Source: Eledone cirrhosa (lineage: Eukaryota). Taken from it: a stretch of 64,000 bases of DNA. The position numbers were made by a program, and so were the translations under genes. Numbering within the stretch: the first letter of the stretch is position 1; each line of letters opens with the position of its first letter. The notes under the pieces are model-generated. The model saw only the letters and a program-made list of their open reading frames with translations, was not told where the DNA came from and searched no databases. Positions 44,216 through 57,231 of this stretch are shown here, one piece after another. The stretch spans positions 79,298,001 to 79,362,000 of the forward strand of contig OZ024741.1 in assembly GCA_964016885.1 (NCBI GenBank). The letters run 5' to 3'.

Positions 44216-44988
44216 CACATAAACACGAACTACTGACCAAATAATGGTTGGTACCAATGGGTTAAGATATCTGTCAAATCAATTAGATGACATCATGGAA
44301 ATCTGCCGAAAACTCAAACTAATAGAATACTTCTCTAATGACACCAACACTGAAGATGAATCAATAGTCAGAAACAAAATCGATTTCTGCCCACAGAAAG
44401 GGAGGAACACAGCACTGGACACCTACTGCGAACGCACCATCAACTTTCCCTATGAACAAATCACAAATAAACACACGAAATCGAACCTCTCCAAACACGA
44501 ATGGAAAGAATTATTCACACTGCGAAACAACACTGAAATAACCATCAAAGAAGCTGATAAAGGGAGCACTGTAGTCATTATGGACACTGACTACTATAGA
44601 GACCTGGCACTCAAAATCTTAGACGACAACAAATGCTACGAAAAAACAACAAACTACAAACAAACTAAAACTATGGGGAATTTCCTAGCATCACTGCAAA
44701 AATACCGCAGTAGCCTAACCACAAAAGGAATATGAATACATAAGTCATTTCAAATGTAAGACAAGTGCTTTCTACGGCTTACCGAAGATACATAAATATA
44801 AACTCGTAAACAATGCATGCGACACTTCAACTAACAAATACATACAATTAACACCACCAGAAGACTTAAAATTCAAACCAATTATAGCAGGCCCTGCATG
44901 TGAAACCCATAGACTTAGCAACTTCCTGGACATCCTACTAAAGCCCTTACTAAAACATATACAGAGCTACATACGGGATAACCTGGAT

Positions 44989-46409
44989 ATGCTGAACCAC
45001 CTACCCAAAACAGTAAGTGAAAACACTGTTCTAGTCTCCTTTGACGTAGTAAATCTCTACACTAACATACCCCATGGAATAACAGCAATCCAGTTTTGGC
45101 TAGACACTCACCAATCAGAAATACCAACACGCATCAACAAAATCTTCATTATTGATGGACTCCGATTTATCTTACAGAATAATTTCTTTACTTTTAATGA
45201 CTCAACATACCGACAAATCTCAAGAACTGCAATGGGCACAAAGGTAGCCCCCACATGCGCCAACTTAGTCATGGGATTCCACGAACAACAAATCCACAAC
45301 CAATCCTTTCTATTATTCGGAGAATCTTTCCTTACACATCTCAAAAACAACTGGAAGAGATACCTCGACGATTGCTTCATTCTATGGCAGGAAGACACAA
45401 ATACACTCACCCTTTTCAAAAATATGATTAACAACATTAACAATAATATACAATTCACAATGGAATCTAACTCCAAGGAATTAGCCTTCCTGGATATTCT
45501 CATTCTAAAAACAGATGGGAAAATAGAGACAGACATCTATTACAAACCCACGGACTCCAAACAGTACCTCCTATTCACATCAAATCACCCAAAACATACA
45601 AAACTTAACATCCCTTTCAATTTAGCCAAACCTATATGCACCATAGTATCAGCCTCAACTAAACGGGAACAAAGACTAAATGAACTCAAAAACACACTTA
45701 TCTTAAGAGCCTTCCTACTTAACATAATTAATAACGCTATAGATAAAGCAAAGCACACAAATGTTCATCAACCCAACAACCCAAAGTGCAGCACCACAAA
45801 CAATACCTTACCATATGTATCCATGTTTAACCCCAGAAACACCGCAATATTCGACCTCCTACACAAAAACTTCCCCATTCTATTTAAAGATGAAAAAATT
45901 AAAAAAATTCTAGAAACACACAAGATCATCAAAAGCAAAAGGCAACCCAAATCACTAAAACACATTCTCACTGGAACAAAGATACACAAACCTATCTCCA
46001 GCCTTACGGTAACAAAATGCGGAAGAACGAATTGTGGAACATGCTTATACTTAATTGAAGGACACAAATTTACGTTTAAAGATGGCCAAACTTTCACAGT
46101 GAAAAACATCTTCACTTGCAACTCGGAGAACCTGATCTATGTAATCACATGTGGTGGTTGTCAACATAACTATATAGGACAGACGGGGTGTCATTACGCA
46201 AAAGAATGACCATCTATCGCCAACAAATCCGTGACCTAAACACAAGGAAAATCCCCTTAAGCAGCCACATTGCAGATTGTGCAGGAATGACTCTCCCCAA
46301 CTTTAAAAGCTTCCCCTTTTACAAGTGCTCCGATTCTTTCACTCAACAACAAAGAATAAATAAAGAAAAACTATTTATTAATAAATTTAAACCAAAACTA
46401 AATATGTAA
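44989..46409 (+). pseudogene. PLE reverse transcriptase plus GIY-YIG endonuclease (frameshift near 46190)
   Basis: ORFs 44989-46209 and 46188-46409 join; upstream part in 44244-44735. Confidence 0.9.
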
Positions 46410-47454
46410 TTACCCTCATTAGTCCCTCCCCATACACACACTCGCGCACTGCAGTGTGAGTGTGTGTGTGTGTGTGTGTGCATATATATATATATATATG
46501 TATGTGTGTATACACCACAAAATAAGAGGAAAACATTACCCATTGCAAAAGCTAATGCCACTGATATTCTGGCCCTCTTCAAAGAAAGAGATTTTTTGAT
46601 AAAGAAAAAAACATTTTTTCTAAAAGAATTTTCTCCTAATATTTAAACTTTGCGATTCTGAGAATCCTTTGGCTCTTAGCCTTTAACTTTTGACAATTTT
46701 CGAAATTGTGTAGAAAAAATGTTACTTAATTCCCTCTGTGTATATATTTATTTATTTATTCATTCATTTATATATACACGCACTGTATCGCGTTTTGAAA
46801 AGATTTTTTAAGATTTTTAATTTTTTTAAGAATTAATTTTTAGAGAGAAAGAATTTTTTAAAAGTTTCTTTTGAAAAGTATTTTTTGAAGTTTTTTGGAA
46901 GAGTTTTCTTAACTTTCTTAACTTCTTTAATTTAAAAATGTTTGGATTCTGGGAATCCTTTCGATTTTAGCTTTTAACTTTTGACAATTTTCTGAATTTG
47001 GACGAGAAAAGAATATTTTCTTAGTTCCCCTCCACAAAAGTAACTTTAAGAGACAGACTGAAAAAACACACACACACACAACCCCACACATACACACACG
47101 TGTTTATGTATACATATACGCACACACTCACATGTGTGTACTGTTGTATATACACCCTCACACTCCCTCTATACATATGTGTGTATGAGTATATATATGT
47201 GTGTGTAAGTATGTACACATACCAACCTACCACAGAATTCAGCTCTTACAACTCCCTATCCCCTTTTGAACTATTGACCACTAGATTAAACAATACATTC
47301 ACAGCATATTTTTCACATCAACAGCTTCCTCCCTTACAAGTAAACAACTTGTTCTCATTTCCAACCAACTTTTCAAGAAGCATGATTTCCATTTTAGTTT
47401 TAAACCTTTCTTTTTTTACCCGTATCAACTCTTTTTAATTAACTTTTTACACTA

Positions 47455-47495
47455 CATTTGACAAGATGAATTTTAATACATCGAAACCGGTAATT
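47455..47495 (+). ncRNA. Type I hammerhead ribozyme, U3-A8 variant
   Basis: at TTGACAA gatg-aattttaata-catc GAAA CCGG TA at; stem I weak. Confidence 0.6.
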
Positions 47496-48076
47496 TTCTC
47501 ATATACTTTATATACTTCATAAAAAATATTTTTAAAAAGAATTGTCCCTCTCTTCTTTTAATAACATTATGTTTTTAATAACACTATCTTTTCAATAATG
47601 TCACTTTGACGATCAAAAAATAAAAACAAACCCTTAAATATATCTCCCGTGCTATTTCCAACTTCATCTTTTCTCTCTCTCTCTCTATATATATATATAT
47701 GTATGTATGTATACGCATGTATATATATACATACAACACCGCTGATGCCAAGCTGTATCGACATCCGTCGTTCCCTTGGGGCCATCAGCCGCGTGGAGAG
47801 GGGGGGGGGGGGTCTTCTGCCTGGACAACAGCTTACCCTCTTGAACGTACCTTTCCAGGCCACGTAGCTCCACTAGGTTGTTCAGCCACTCACGCAAGTG
47901 CAACCACCGAGTCCCACATGGAGCTACTCCATCGTCTTGCGAAGACGGACGGATGCCGACGACGATATATACATACACACATACATATGTATATGCGTTT
48001 ATATATACACACATATATAAATATCCAATACTTTTAGACCCAGTCTGCCACAATATATATACATACATACATACAA

Positions 48077-48186
<110 letters not shown>

Positions 48187-48841
48187 TTCGTTTCTGAATT
48201 TGTTTAGCAAGATTCTTTATCTGAAATCGTGTGTTGAAACCGATATTGTTATACTTTGGGAGGGTCATGTTGCCAATAAGAAACACACGCACCAGTTGCT
48301 TTCACTTCAATTTATTATATATTTATAAACTTACAAATTTATAAATTTATAAATTTCTGGTTGGTTGGTTGGTTCCACAACCAGATAGTTGTTTATATAT
48401 AGTCATAGTCCTTTCGTCACACACCCTGTGACCTCTTCAGTGACTGGGGATTCCTTTCTTTGTTTCTATGCCTTTCCTTTGTTCTGTCCTACGCCATTTT
48501 GTTTCTGTGTGCTGTGTGCTCAGTTTGCGCATGCGCCACATCCGGGTGTCTGTGTGTGTTTATGTTCATTTATCTATTTGTTTATTTATTTATTTATTTA
48601 CATGTTATTGGTTGGTTGTTTGTTCTATGTGTGTGTGTGTTTTCATTTTGTCCTTAATTGTAAGTTGTGATGTTGCTGTTCCACTCATATTTTTTATTTA
48701 ATTTTGGTTGTAATTCTTTTATGTTTATTGCCTCTGTAATTTGTCTAAACGTTGCATCTTTTCTGTGTGTAGATTCTATTTTTATTTCTATGTTCTCTAA
48801 TTTACCCTTGTGTTCTATCTTAGCATGTTGGTAGAGTACAG

Positions 48842-50671
48842 ATGATTCTTTATTATCTTGAAGGTCTCGCCAGTGTTCATTTATCCGTTCCCCTATACTA
48901 CGAGCTGAAATGTCCCCAAATGTCCCCAGATGTATGTGACAGCACGGAGGACCTCCTCAGCAGAATCGGCGTGAGTAACCGATCTGGGGACCTAACAAAC
49001 TGGATAATAGGCAGTATGGATGTTGTGTCCCTGTATCCATCTATTGACGTGGATTTTGCTGTGGAGAAATGCGTAGAAATGATCTGCGAGAGCAAGGTTG
49101 AGTTCCGTGGGATTGATACCAGTGAGCTGGGACTTCTACTTAAGCTTACCTATAGTAATAGTTACCTAGACACATATGACCTTAGCAACCTGTGCCCTAC
49201 AAGACCAGCAAGAGGCAGACCACCTACCATTACCTCAATGGCCAAGAAAACCCACACAGATAGATGGAACGGGTGGACCAGAGCCATATGGACACCCGAA
49301 AACCACGATGAACTGAAGAAAATGATTGCACATGCGGTAGGGGCCAGCATAAAACTAACCCTTAAGGAACATATGTTCAAATTTAATGGAAAAACATATG
49401 CCCAAGAGGAAGGAGCAGCCATTAGTGTTAGCATTGCAGGCGACATAGCTAACGTATTCATGGTATGGTGGGACAGTAGACTTAAACAAAAACTTAAAGA
49501 ACAATTAGAAGACAGCTTAACCCTGATAATGTACTCCCGCTACGTAGATGATATAAACATCGTAGTTAAGACACCCCCACTAGAGAACAGTCAGGAACTA
49601 GAGAAAAACACAATGGAAAGCATCCAGCAAATAGCAAACTCCATCCACCAGAGCATTAGAGTTACTATAGACTACCCAATTAGACACCCCAACCATCGAT
49701 TACCTGTACTAGACACAGAGCTCTGGTTAGATACCATTAACAACCAAAAACAAATCCTCCATTCCCATTATGCCAAACCCAAGACTTCCAAACATCTGAT
49801 CCACCGAAACTCGGCCATTTCGGACCATACCAAAATCAACATACTGATTGCGGATTTGGTACGGGTGATGAGAAATGTGTCCCGCATGTGCAACCCCGAA
49901 GAACTAGAGAGACACATACAACACTTCATCCACCGTATGCAGTTCTCTGGCTACAATCAGAGAGATAGAATCAGAGTGTATAGAGGAGCCAGAACCAAGT
50001 GGGAAAAAATGATAAATAATGACATAAATGGGACCTGCCCCTTGTATAGGAGCAAATTTTGGAATAGAATAGAAAGAACTAGGAACAAGGCTAATAGAAT
50101 AAACTCATGGTATGATAGCAATAAATACCAGAGTGTAATGTTCATCGATACAACCCCTAGAGGCGAACTAGCCTACAAATTTAGAAGGACCCTAAATAAA
50201 CATAAACTCAATATTAAGATAGTAGAAAGACCAGGTACCTCCGTAAAAACACTTATTAGCAAGACATACCCTTTTCAAAGACCCTCATGTATAGATAAGA
50301 AATGTATAACCTGTAAAATAAGCCCCCATATTAACTGTAAAACTAGAAATGTAGTGTATAGCATAAGATGTACTGAAGGACAATGTAGAAACAAAAATAT
50401 AGTGTACATAGGTGAGACAGCTCGTAGTATAGGGGAACGGATAAATGAACACTGGCGAGACCTTCAAGATAATAAAGAATCATCTGTACTCTACCAGCAT
50501 GCTAAGATAGAACACAAGGGTAAATTAGAGAACATAGAAATAAAAATAGAATCTACACACAGAAAAGATGCAATGTTTAGACAAATTACAGAGGCAATAA
50601 ACATAAAAGAATTACAACCAAAATTAAATAGAAAATATGAGTGGAACAGCAACATCACAACTTACAATTAA
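48842..50671 (+). CDS. PLE RT-GIY-YIG polyprotein, open frame but 5'-truncated (first ~22 codons come from the inverted arm)
   Basis: SMDVVSLYPSI, GAAISVSIAGDIANVFM, YSRYVDD, LPVLD, CIDKKCITC, NVVY...YIGETAR, RQITEA, LNRKYEW. Confidence 0.9.
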   Translation: MILYYLEGLASVHLSVPLYYELKCPQMSPDVCDSTEDLLSRIGVSNRSGDLTNWIIGSMDVVSLYPSIDVDFAVEKCVEMICESKVEFRGIDTSELGLLLKLTYSNSYLDTYDLSNLCPTRPARGRPPTITSMAKKTHTDRWNGWTRAIWTPENHDELKKMIAHAVGASIKLTLKEHMFKFNGKTYAQEEGAAISVSIAGDIANVFMVWWDSRLKQKLKEQLEDSLTLIMYSRYVDDINIVVKTPPLENSQELEKNTMESIQQIANSIHQSIRVTIDYPIRHPNHRLPVLDTELWLDTINNQKQILHSHYAKPKTSKHLIHRNSAISDHTKINILIADLVRVMRNVSRMCNPEELERHIQHFIHRMQFSGYNQRDRIRVYRGARTKWEKMINNDINGTCPLYRSKFWNRIERTRNKANRINSWYDSNKYQSVMFIDTTPRGELAYKFRRTLNKHKLNIKIVERPGTSVKTLISKTYPFQRPSCIDKKCITCKISPHINCKTRNVVYSIRCTEGQCRNKNIVYIGETARSIGERINEHWRDLQDNKESSVLYQHAKIEHKGKLENIEIKIESTHRKDAMFRQITEAINIKELQPKLNRKYEWNSNITTYN

Positions 50672-50880
50672 GGACAAAATGAAAACACACACACACATAG
50701 AACAAACAACCAACCAATAACATGTAAATAAATAAATAAATAAACAAATAGATAAATGAACATAAACACACACAGACACCCGGATGTGGCGCATGCGCAA
50801 ACTGAGCACACAACACACAGAAACAAAATGGCGTAGGACAGAACAAAGGAAAGGTACAGAAACAAAGAAAGGAATCCCCA

Positions 50881-50923
50881 GTCACTGAAGAAGTCACAGA
50901 GTGTGTGACGAAAGGACTATGAC
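50881..50923 (+). ncRNA. Type I hammerhead ribozyme (mirror at 48402-48444, minus)
   Basis: gtca CTGAAGA a gtcac-agagtgt-gtgac GAAAG GA CTA tgac. Confidence 0.85.
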
Positions 50924-51074
50924 TATATATAAACAACTATCTGGTTGTGGAACCAACCAACCAACCAGAAATTTATAAATTTATAAATTTGTAAATTTAT
51001 AAATATATAATAAATTGAAGTGAAAGCAACTGGTGCGTGTGTTTCTTATTGGCAACATGACCCTCCCAAAGTAT

Positions 51075-51150
<76 letters not shown>

Positions 51151-51895
51151 TGCCCCGTCGTTATCGAGTATGGCCATTGCACGGTATACCATTATTAATA
51201 ATTATTAATTAATTCCATCGTGTAATGCCTGTGCGTGAAGATATTTTTAAAGTGAGGAAAGACTGTGCACTGAGCCAATCCCACTCTCTGAGCAACAGTA
51301 GCTTTAACCTGAAAAGAAGAAACGATCGACATCATCGGTAACTACTGAGCCGCTGGTTTTATATCGGAGTTATCCCAGTTTTCTGAGTTGCCTTCTCCTA
51401 GAAGAATGCCCTGATAAAGGCTAGGGGTCCTTCACTCCCAGTGGTTTAACCGCGCGATCGAGTGTCCAGCCCGACTATTTCTATGTCCCCGCACATATAC
51501 ATACACATGAACCCATGCATATACACATATACATATGTACATGTGTATATACATATGTACACACTTTTGGATGGCCGTTGACTCTTATGAGTTCTTCCGC
51601 CCTTTGTCAGGTTTTGTTTTTTGTCCTGCAGGGTGTCTAAAATCACCCTCCTCACCAAGTAAACTTGGTGGGGTTGCCGGTTTAGTCGCCGACGAACCGA
51701 CCATGCGACAGGTTGTAGGGGGTTACATGTTACCAATAGCACTCAAGAGTGACCCGACTGATTATATATATACATACATACATATATATATATATACATA
51801 ATTTTTGCTGGACCGGCAATCGCTCTGTATAATCAGCTCCTGATCATTACTGGAATTCTATAAGAATTCAGCTTCTATAATTTTCGGCGGAAGCA

Positions 51896-51955
51896 GGGGA
51901 GTGCGTAGCTCTGATGAATGCCAACCAGCGTGAAACAGACTGTCAGCCTCTCTCC
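51896..51955 (+). ncRNA. Type I hammerhead ribozyme in a non-coding segment ending in (TA)n
   Basis: gct CTGATGA atgc-caacca-gcgt GAAAC AGACT GTC agc; distal GGGGAG may pair with CTCTCC. Confidence 0.8.
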
Positions 51956-52118
51956 CTTCTTTCGCCAAAAAGAAGTAAGTGACATAGTCACTATTTTAAA
52001 ACTGATAGCGTATGGTCTTCTAAATGTTTTTAATTAAATAGACGGTATATTGCCAAATATACCATACATACATTCATGTATACATCGCTATTTCAGAGCA
52101 CCAATCCTAATATATATA

Positions 52119-52170
<52 letters not shown>

Positions 52171-52694
52171 TAAAATAACAGATTAAAGTTTAAGCAAAGA
52201 ATCGCTGCTTTCACCCTTAACGGGATCTTCTGAAACTAACAAAGTCAATCTGTAAACGCAGAACTGGATATTTCAAAAAACGTTGCAACCGGAGGAAGAC
52301 AGGAAGACGATACTTTGGTTCATGGTGACGTTCGCTGGCAAAGAACGGGAAAAAAAACGAATAATACGTCATTAATAGGAGCGGTGAAAAACAATTACGT
52401 GCAAGGACAGAACCACGTTTATGGTATAAAAGAGGTCGTAGACTAATGTTCTCTAAGTGGTGCATAGAGAAGTTCTCTGGCAATGAACGAAAAAACGAAG
52501 ATAATAAGTCATATGTGGAGCGTGGAGAACAATAGCGTGCAAAGACAAAACCACGTAAATGGTATAGCAGAAGTCGTAGACTAAAATTCTAACTAGGAGA
52601 CCGAATGAATCTCCGCTACAGAGTTAAGAACAAAGTAAATAAATACATTACAGAAGTAATAGGAACAAATAAATACATACACGCAAACAGATAC

Positions 52695-52826
<132 letters not shown>

Positions 52827-53338
52827 GTAAATATACATGGGTGTGTATGATTGTGTATAGAAGATTATATTAATAAGCGGAATTCCAACTTTGTCTGATT
52901 TACTCGTTTTATTTACAATCCTTTAAAATTTATAATGATATTATAAAGAAATAGTATGATAGAATATTAAATTCTAAGTGTTAATTGAACAAATACTTTC
53001 ATGCTTTCGCAATCTTCAGGTTCATAATATGTGGTGACAGTCAAGTTTGCAATTTTCAACTGTAATAAGATGGGTAAATTTCCTACCTTTTATACATTTT
53101 ATACAGGGAAAAGTGGCTCCAGAATGCTAAGCCCTGCAAACTGTATTTCGACCAATCAGTGTGTAGTTTCACTGAATTACTAAAGCTGATTGGTTTAAGC
53201 GTCACGGCTGGTTGAGCATGTCTAACGACCAATAATTAATCATATCCAAAGCATCAATTGTTTTGCTATTTTTAGAAATGATGAAAATAGCATTTTCTAT
53301 TAATCATCAACATCAACATCACTTTTATTATTATTAAT

Positions 53339-53386
<48 letters not shown>

Positions 53387-53433
53387 AGTGGTCGTAGTCA
53401 TAGTGGTAGTGGAAGTAATACCCCTAAGTGTTA

Positions 53434-54855
53434 TTATTGTTCATTTAGCTTGGGTTTGAATTTATCAATAAAATTCTTTTCTTTGATTTTTCTCTTGATT
53501 TCACTTGGGCTGTGTAATTTGTAGAATGGGAATATTATAAATATTCCCTGACCACATGTTGCTAGATGGTTACTTAGGGGTATCTGACTGACATTTGGGT
53601 CTCTGATTTGTTGACGGTGTACCCGTGCACGTTCCGATAGTGCATTTCCAGTTTGACCGACATATAGTTCTTCACAATTCGGGCATTTAATGCAGTAAAT
53701 TAGATTTCTGCTTTTGCAGTTCATATTTGCATTTGGGAATATTTTTCCAGTTTTTGTTTTCATATATTGACCGGCGTGTATGGATTGACATGTGCCGCAT
53801 CGACTATCATTGCATTTAGATACAGTGAATGATTGGTCTTTGTTGTTAAGGTCAAACTTTGCTTTTGTTAGTAATTGCTTCAAATTTTTTGGCTGTCTTT
53901 TACTAAGAGTCAAAGATTGATATGTGATTAAGCCTTTTAATTCATTACTTTGAGCAATGATCGGTAGGTTTGCTTTGGCAGTGTTGAAGATATTCTGGTG
54001 ACATGGGTTGTGTGTCATTATAAATGGTATGACCAGTTCTTGGTTTCTTCTTCCTTGGGTTGTCCTAAGTTGTTGTATAGGTATTTTTATAGCCCGCTGT
54101 ATGCCATTTTCTATAAGTAGAGATGGGTATTTTTGTTTGAGCAAAAATTCTCTTAGTTCTGTTAGGCGTTTGTACCTGGTATTCGTATCTACTACAATGG
54201 TACAAATTCTTCTGGCTAGGCAGTATGGGATGCTGCGTTTTGTATGAGGTGAATGGCACGACTTAAAATTCAGATATTGATGGGTGTCTGTGTGTTTATA
54301 ATATATATCCGTGGTAATGGTGGAGTCGTTTTTGATTATCATTATATCTAGGAATGGTAATTTGGTCCTACTCATCTCTTTTGTGAATTGGAGAGATGGG
54401 TGTAGGTTATTCAGGAGGATATTGAACTCATCCAGAGTATCTAGAGATTCTGTCCAGATGATGAAACAGTCGTCAAGGTATCTCTTCCAAGATTTTTCAA
54501 TGTACTTTCTAAAGTCAGTACTATATTTTTCCTTTATTTCTTGGTAGAGTTGTTGTTCTAAGTATCCCATTACAGAGTTCGCGTAAACGGGAGCAAACTT
54601 CGTTCCCATCGCTGTGCCTCTAATTTGGATGTAATTCTTTCCATTGAAGAAGAAAGTGTTGTTTTCCAGAATAAGTTTAACTGCGTCTAATATAAATGGC
54701 GCTGTGAATCTGATGGGAATCACTTCTCTATGTTTTTCCACCCAGTATTTAACCGCCTTTATTCCTAAATCATGTGTAATGTTGGTGTAAAGGCTTACCA
54801 CATCAAACCTGAGTAGAAGTGAATTCGTTTCCGTGGTTTTGGGATCATTGCTCAA
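53434..54855 (-). CDS. PLE RT-GIY-YIG, open frame, 5'-truncated at the inversion junction
   Basis: FDVVSLYTNI, GTAMGTKFAPVYAN, WKRYLDDCF, LPFLD, CNDSRCGTC, LIY...LYVGQT. Confidence 0.92.
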   Translation of the reverse strand: MSNDPKTTETNSLLLRFDVVSLYTNITHDLGIKAVKYWVEKHREVIPIRFTAPFILDAVKLILENNTFFFNGKNYIQIRGTAMGTKFAPVYANSVMGYLEQQLYQEIKEKYSTDFRKYIEKSWKRYLDDCFIIWTESLDTLDEFNILLNNLHPSLQFTKEMSRTKLPFLDIMIIKNDSTITTDIYYKHTDTHQYLNFKSCHSPHTKRSIPYCLARRICTIVVDTNTRYKRLTELREFLLKQKYPSLLIENGIQRAIKIPIQQLRTTQGRRNQELVIPFIMTHNPCHQNIFNTAKANLPIIAQSNELKGLITYQSLTLSKRQPKNLKQLLTKAKFDLNNKDQSFTVSKCNDSRCGTCQSIHAGQYMKTKTGKIFPNANMNCKSRNLIYCIKCPNCEELYVGQTGNALSERARVHRQQIRDPNVSQIPLSNHLATCGQGIFIIFPFYKLHSPSEIKRKIKEKNFIDKFKPKLNEQ

Positions 54856-54891
54856 AGTAATGAATTAAAAGGCTTAATCACAGATCAATCT

Positions 54892-55371
54892 TTGACTCTT
54901 AGTAAAAGACAGCCAAAAAATTTGAAGCAATTACTAACAAAAGCAAAGTTTGACCTTAACGACAAAGACCAATCATTCACTGTATCTAAATGCAATGATA
55001 GTCGATGCGGCACATGTCAATCCATACACGCCGGTCAATATATGAAAACAAAAACTGGAAAAATATTCCCAAATGCAAATATGAACTGCAAAAGCAGAAA
55101 TCTAATTTACTGCATTAAATTCCCGAATTGTGAAGAACTATATGTCGGTCAAACTGGAAATGCACTATCGGAACGTGCACGGGTACACCGTCAACAAATC
55201 AGAGACTCAAATGTCCGTCAGATACCCCTAAGTAACCATCTAGCAACATGTGGTCAGGGAATATTTATAATATTCCCATTCTACAAATTACACAGCCCAA
55301 GTGAAATCAAGAGTAAAATCAAAGAAAAGAATTTTATTGATAAATTCAAACACAAGCTAAATGAACAATAA
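54892..55371 (+). pseudogene. Inverted duplicate of the GIY-YIG domain (second partial copy at 55772-55999)
   Basis: Near-identical to the C-terminus of 53434-54855. Confidence 0.9.
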
Positions 55372-56095
55372 TAACACTTAGGGGTATTACTTCCACTACC
55401 ACTATGACTACGACCACTAACAACAACAACAACAACAACAACAACAATAATAATAATGAAAGTGATGTTGATGGTGATGTTTAATAGAAAATGCTATTTT
55501 CATCATTTCTAAAAATAGCAAAACAATTGATGCTTTGGATATGATTAATTATTGGTCGTTAGACATGCTCAACCAGCCGTGACGCTTAAACCAATCAGCT
55601 TTAGTAATTCAGTGAAACTACACACTGATTGATCGAAATACAGTTTGCAGGGCTTAGCGTTCTGGAGCCACTTTTCCCTGTATAAAATGTATAAAAGGTA
55701 GTAAATTCACTGTATCTAAATGCAATGATAGTCGATGCGGCACATGTCAATCCATACACGCCGGTCAATATATGAAAACAAAAACTGGAAAAATATTCCC
55801 AAATGCAAATATGAACTGCAAAAGCAGAAATCTAATTTACTGCATTAAATTCCCGAATTGTGAAGAACTATATGTCGGTCAAACTGGAAATGCACTATCG
55901 GAACGTGCACGGGTACACCGTCATCAAATCAGAGACCCAAATGTCCGTCAGATACCCCTAAGTAACCATGTAGCAACATGTGGTCAGGGAAAATTGTAAA
56001 TCAGAAACCCAAATGTCCGTCAGAAAACCCTAAGTAACCATCTAGCAACATATGGTACAGTTGAAAATTGCAAACTTGACTGTCACCACATATTA

Positions 56096-56134
56096 TGAAC
56101 CTGAAGATTGCGAAAGCATGAAAGTACTTGTTCA
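56096..56134 (+). ncRNA. Minimal type I hammerhead ribozyme (mirror at 52986-53024, minus)
   Basis: tgaac CTGAAGA t-tgc-gaaa-gca-t GAAA GTAC TT gttca; palindromic stem III. Confidence 0.85.
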
Positions 56135-56264
56135 ATTAACACTTAGAATTTAATATTCTATCATACTATTTCATTATAATACCATTATAAATTTTAAAGG
56201 ATTGTAAATAAAACGAGTAAATCAGACAAAGTTGGAATTCCTCTTATTAATATATATATATATA

Positions 56265-56880
56265 TATATTAAGACAGAGGGGAAGAAAAAATGGCTTCAC
56301 TTGTGCTTTCAACAAATTTATTTTCTTCACAAAATCCAAAAAGAATTTTTTTCCGGATTAGAAAAAAAATGTTTTTCTTAAAAAAAATTATTTTATAAAT
56401 TAAGTTAGGTCTTAGGAGTTCTTGGTTAACGTAGGAGGTATTGTTTCGTTTTTAGAACGATCTTTCACGCTGAGGTGCGCTTGTCAAACTGATGTGTATG
56501 TGGTGTGTTGTTCTATATATAGGGATTTAACATGTCTGTGGTGTGGTGGGGAGGGGGGGTTTCTCCCCCTTTTAATAAGGGGGAGAAAAAAAAACCCCAG
56601 TACACTACAGACATCTTAAATCCCTATATATAGAACAACACACCACATACACATCAGTTTGACAAGCGCACCTCAGCGTGAAAGGTCGTTCTAAAAACGA
56701 AACAGTACCTCCTACGTTAACCAAGAACTCCTAAGACCTAACTTAATTTATAAAATAATTTTTTTAAGAAAAAAAATTTTTTTCTAATCCGGAAAAAAAT
56801 TCTTTTTGAATTTTGTGAAGAAAATAAATTTGTTGAAAGCACAAGTGAAGCCATTTTTTCTTCCCCCCTGTCTTAATATA
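56265..56880. repeat. Non-coding fold-back element with ~275-bp inverted arms
   Basis: 56265-56540 mirrors 56605-56880; left arm abuts (TA)n. Confidence 0.88.
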
Positions 56881-56909
56881 CCTAACTGTACCAAGGATTA
56901 CACACATTT

Positions 56910-56981
<72 letters not shown>

Positions 56982-57047
56982 GTTATTCCGGGTTGAATCG
57001 GAGGTAACCACAGTAAGTAAGGTACTCAATACATAGCAGACTATAAC

Positions 57048-57172
57048 AGTTTTAATATAGAAGAGATTCTACAGGACTAGAACTGTTTCATTCATTAGAA
57101 ATCATCATGAGATTCCTGATGATTTCTAATGAATGAAACAGTTCTAGTCCTGTAGAATCTCTTCTATATTAA

Positions 57173-57176
<4 letters not shown>
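57048..57176. mobile_element. 130-bp palindromic hammerhead mini-element ending in (TA)n
   Basis: 57048-57107 mirrors 57117-57176. Confidence 0.85.
57109..57161 (+). ncRNA. Type I hammerhead ribozyme, canonical core
   Basis: gagattc CTGATGA t-ttc-taat-gaa-t GAAAC AG-ttctagtc-CT GTA gaatctc. Confidence 0.88.

Positions 57177-57231
<55 letters not shown>

Larger units (their letters stand above)
44290..47570 (+). mobile_element. Near-full-length Penelope-like element (Neptune-like), frameshifted
   Basis: IKEADKGSTVVIMD, FYGLPKIH, FDVVNLYTNIP, TAMGTKVAP, WKRYLDDCF, FLD, YYKPTD, Cys linker, LIY...NYIGQT; 3' UTR HHR at 47455. Confidence 0.92.
52868..56250 (-). mobile_element. 5'-truncated Neptune-like PLE with long, internally rearranged inverted 3' copy
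   Basis: 54843-55701 mirrors ~53082-53962; 55705-55991 re-copies the endonuclease region; 56057-56250 mirrors 52868-53064. Confidence 0.92.
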
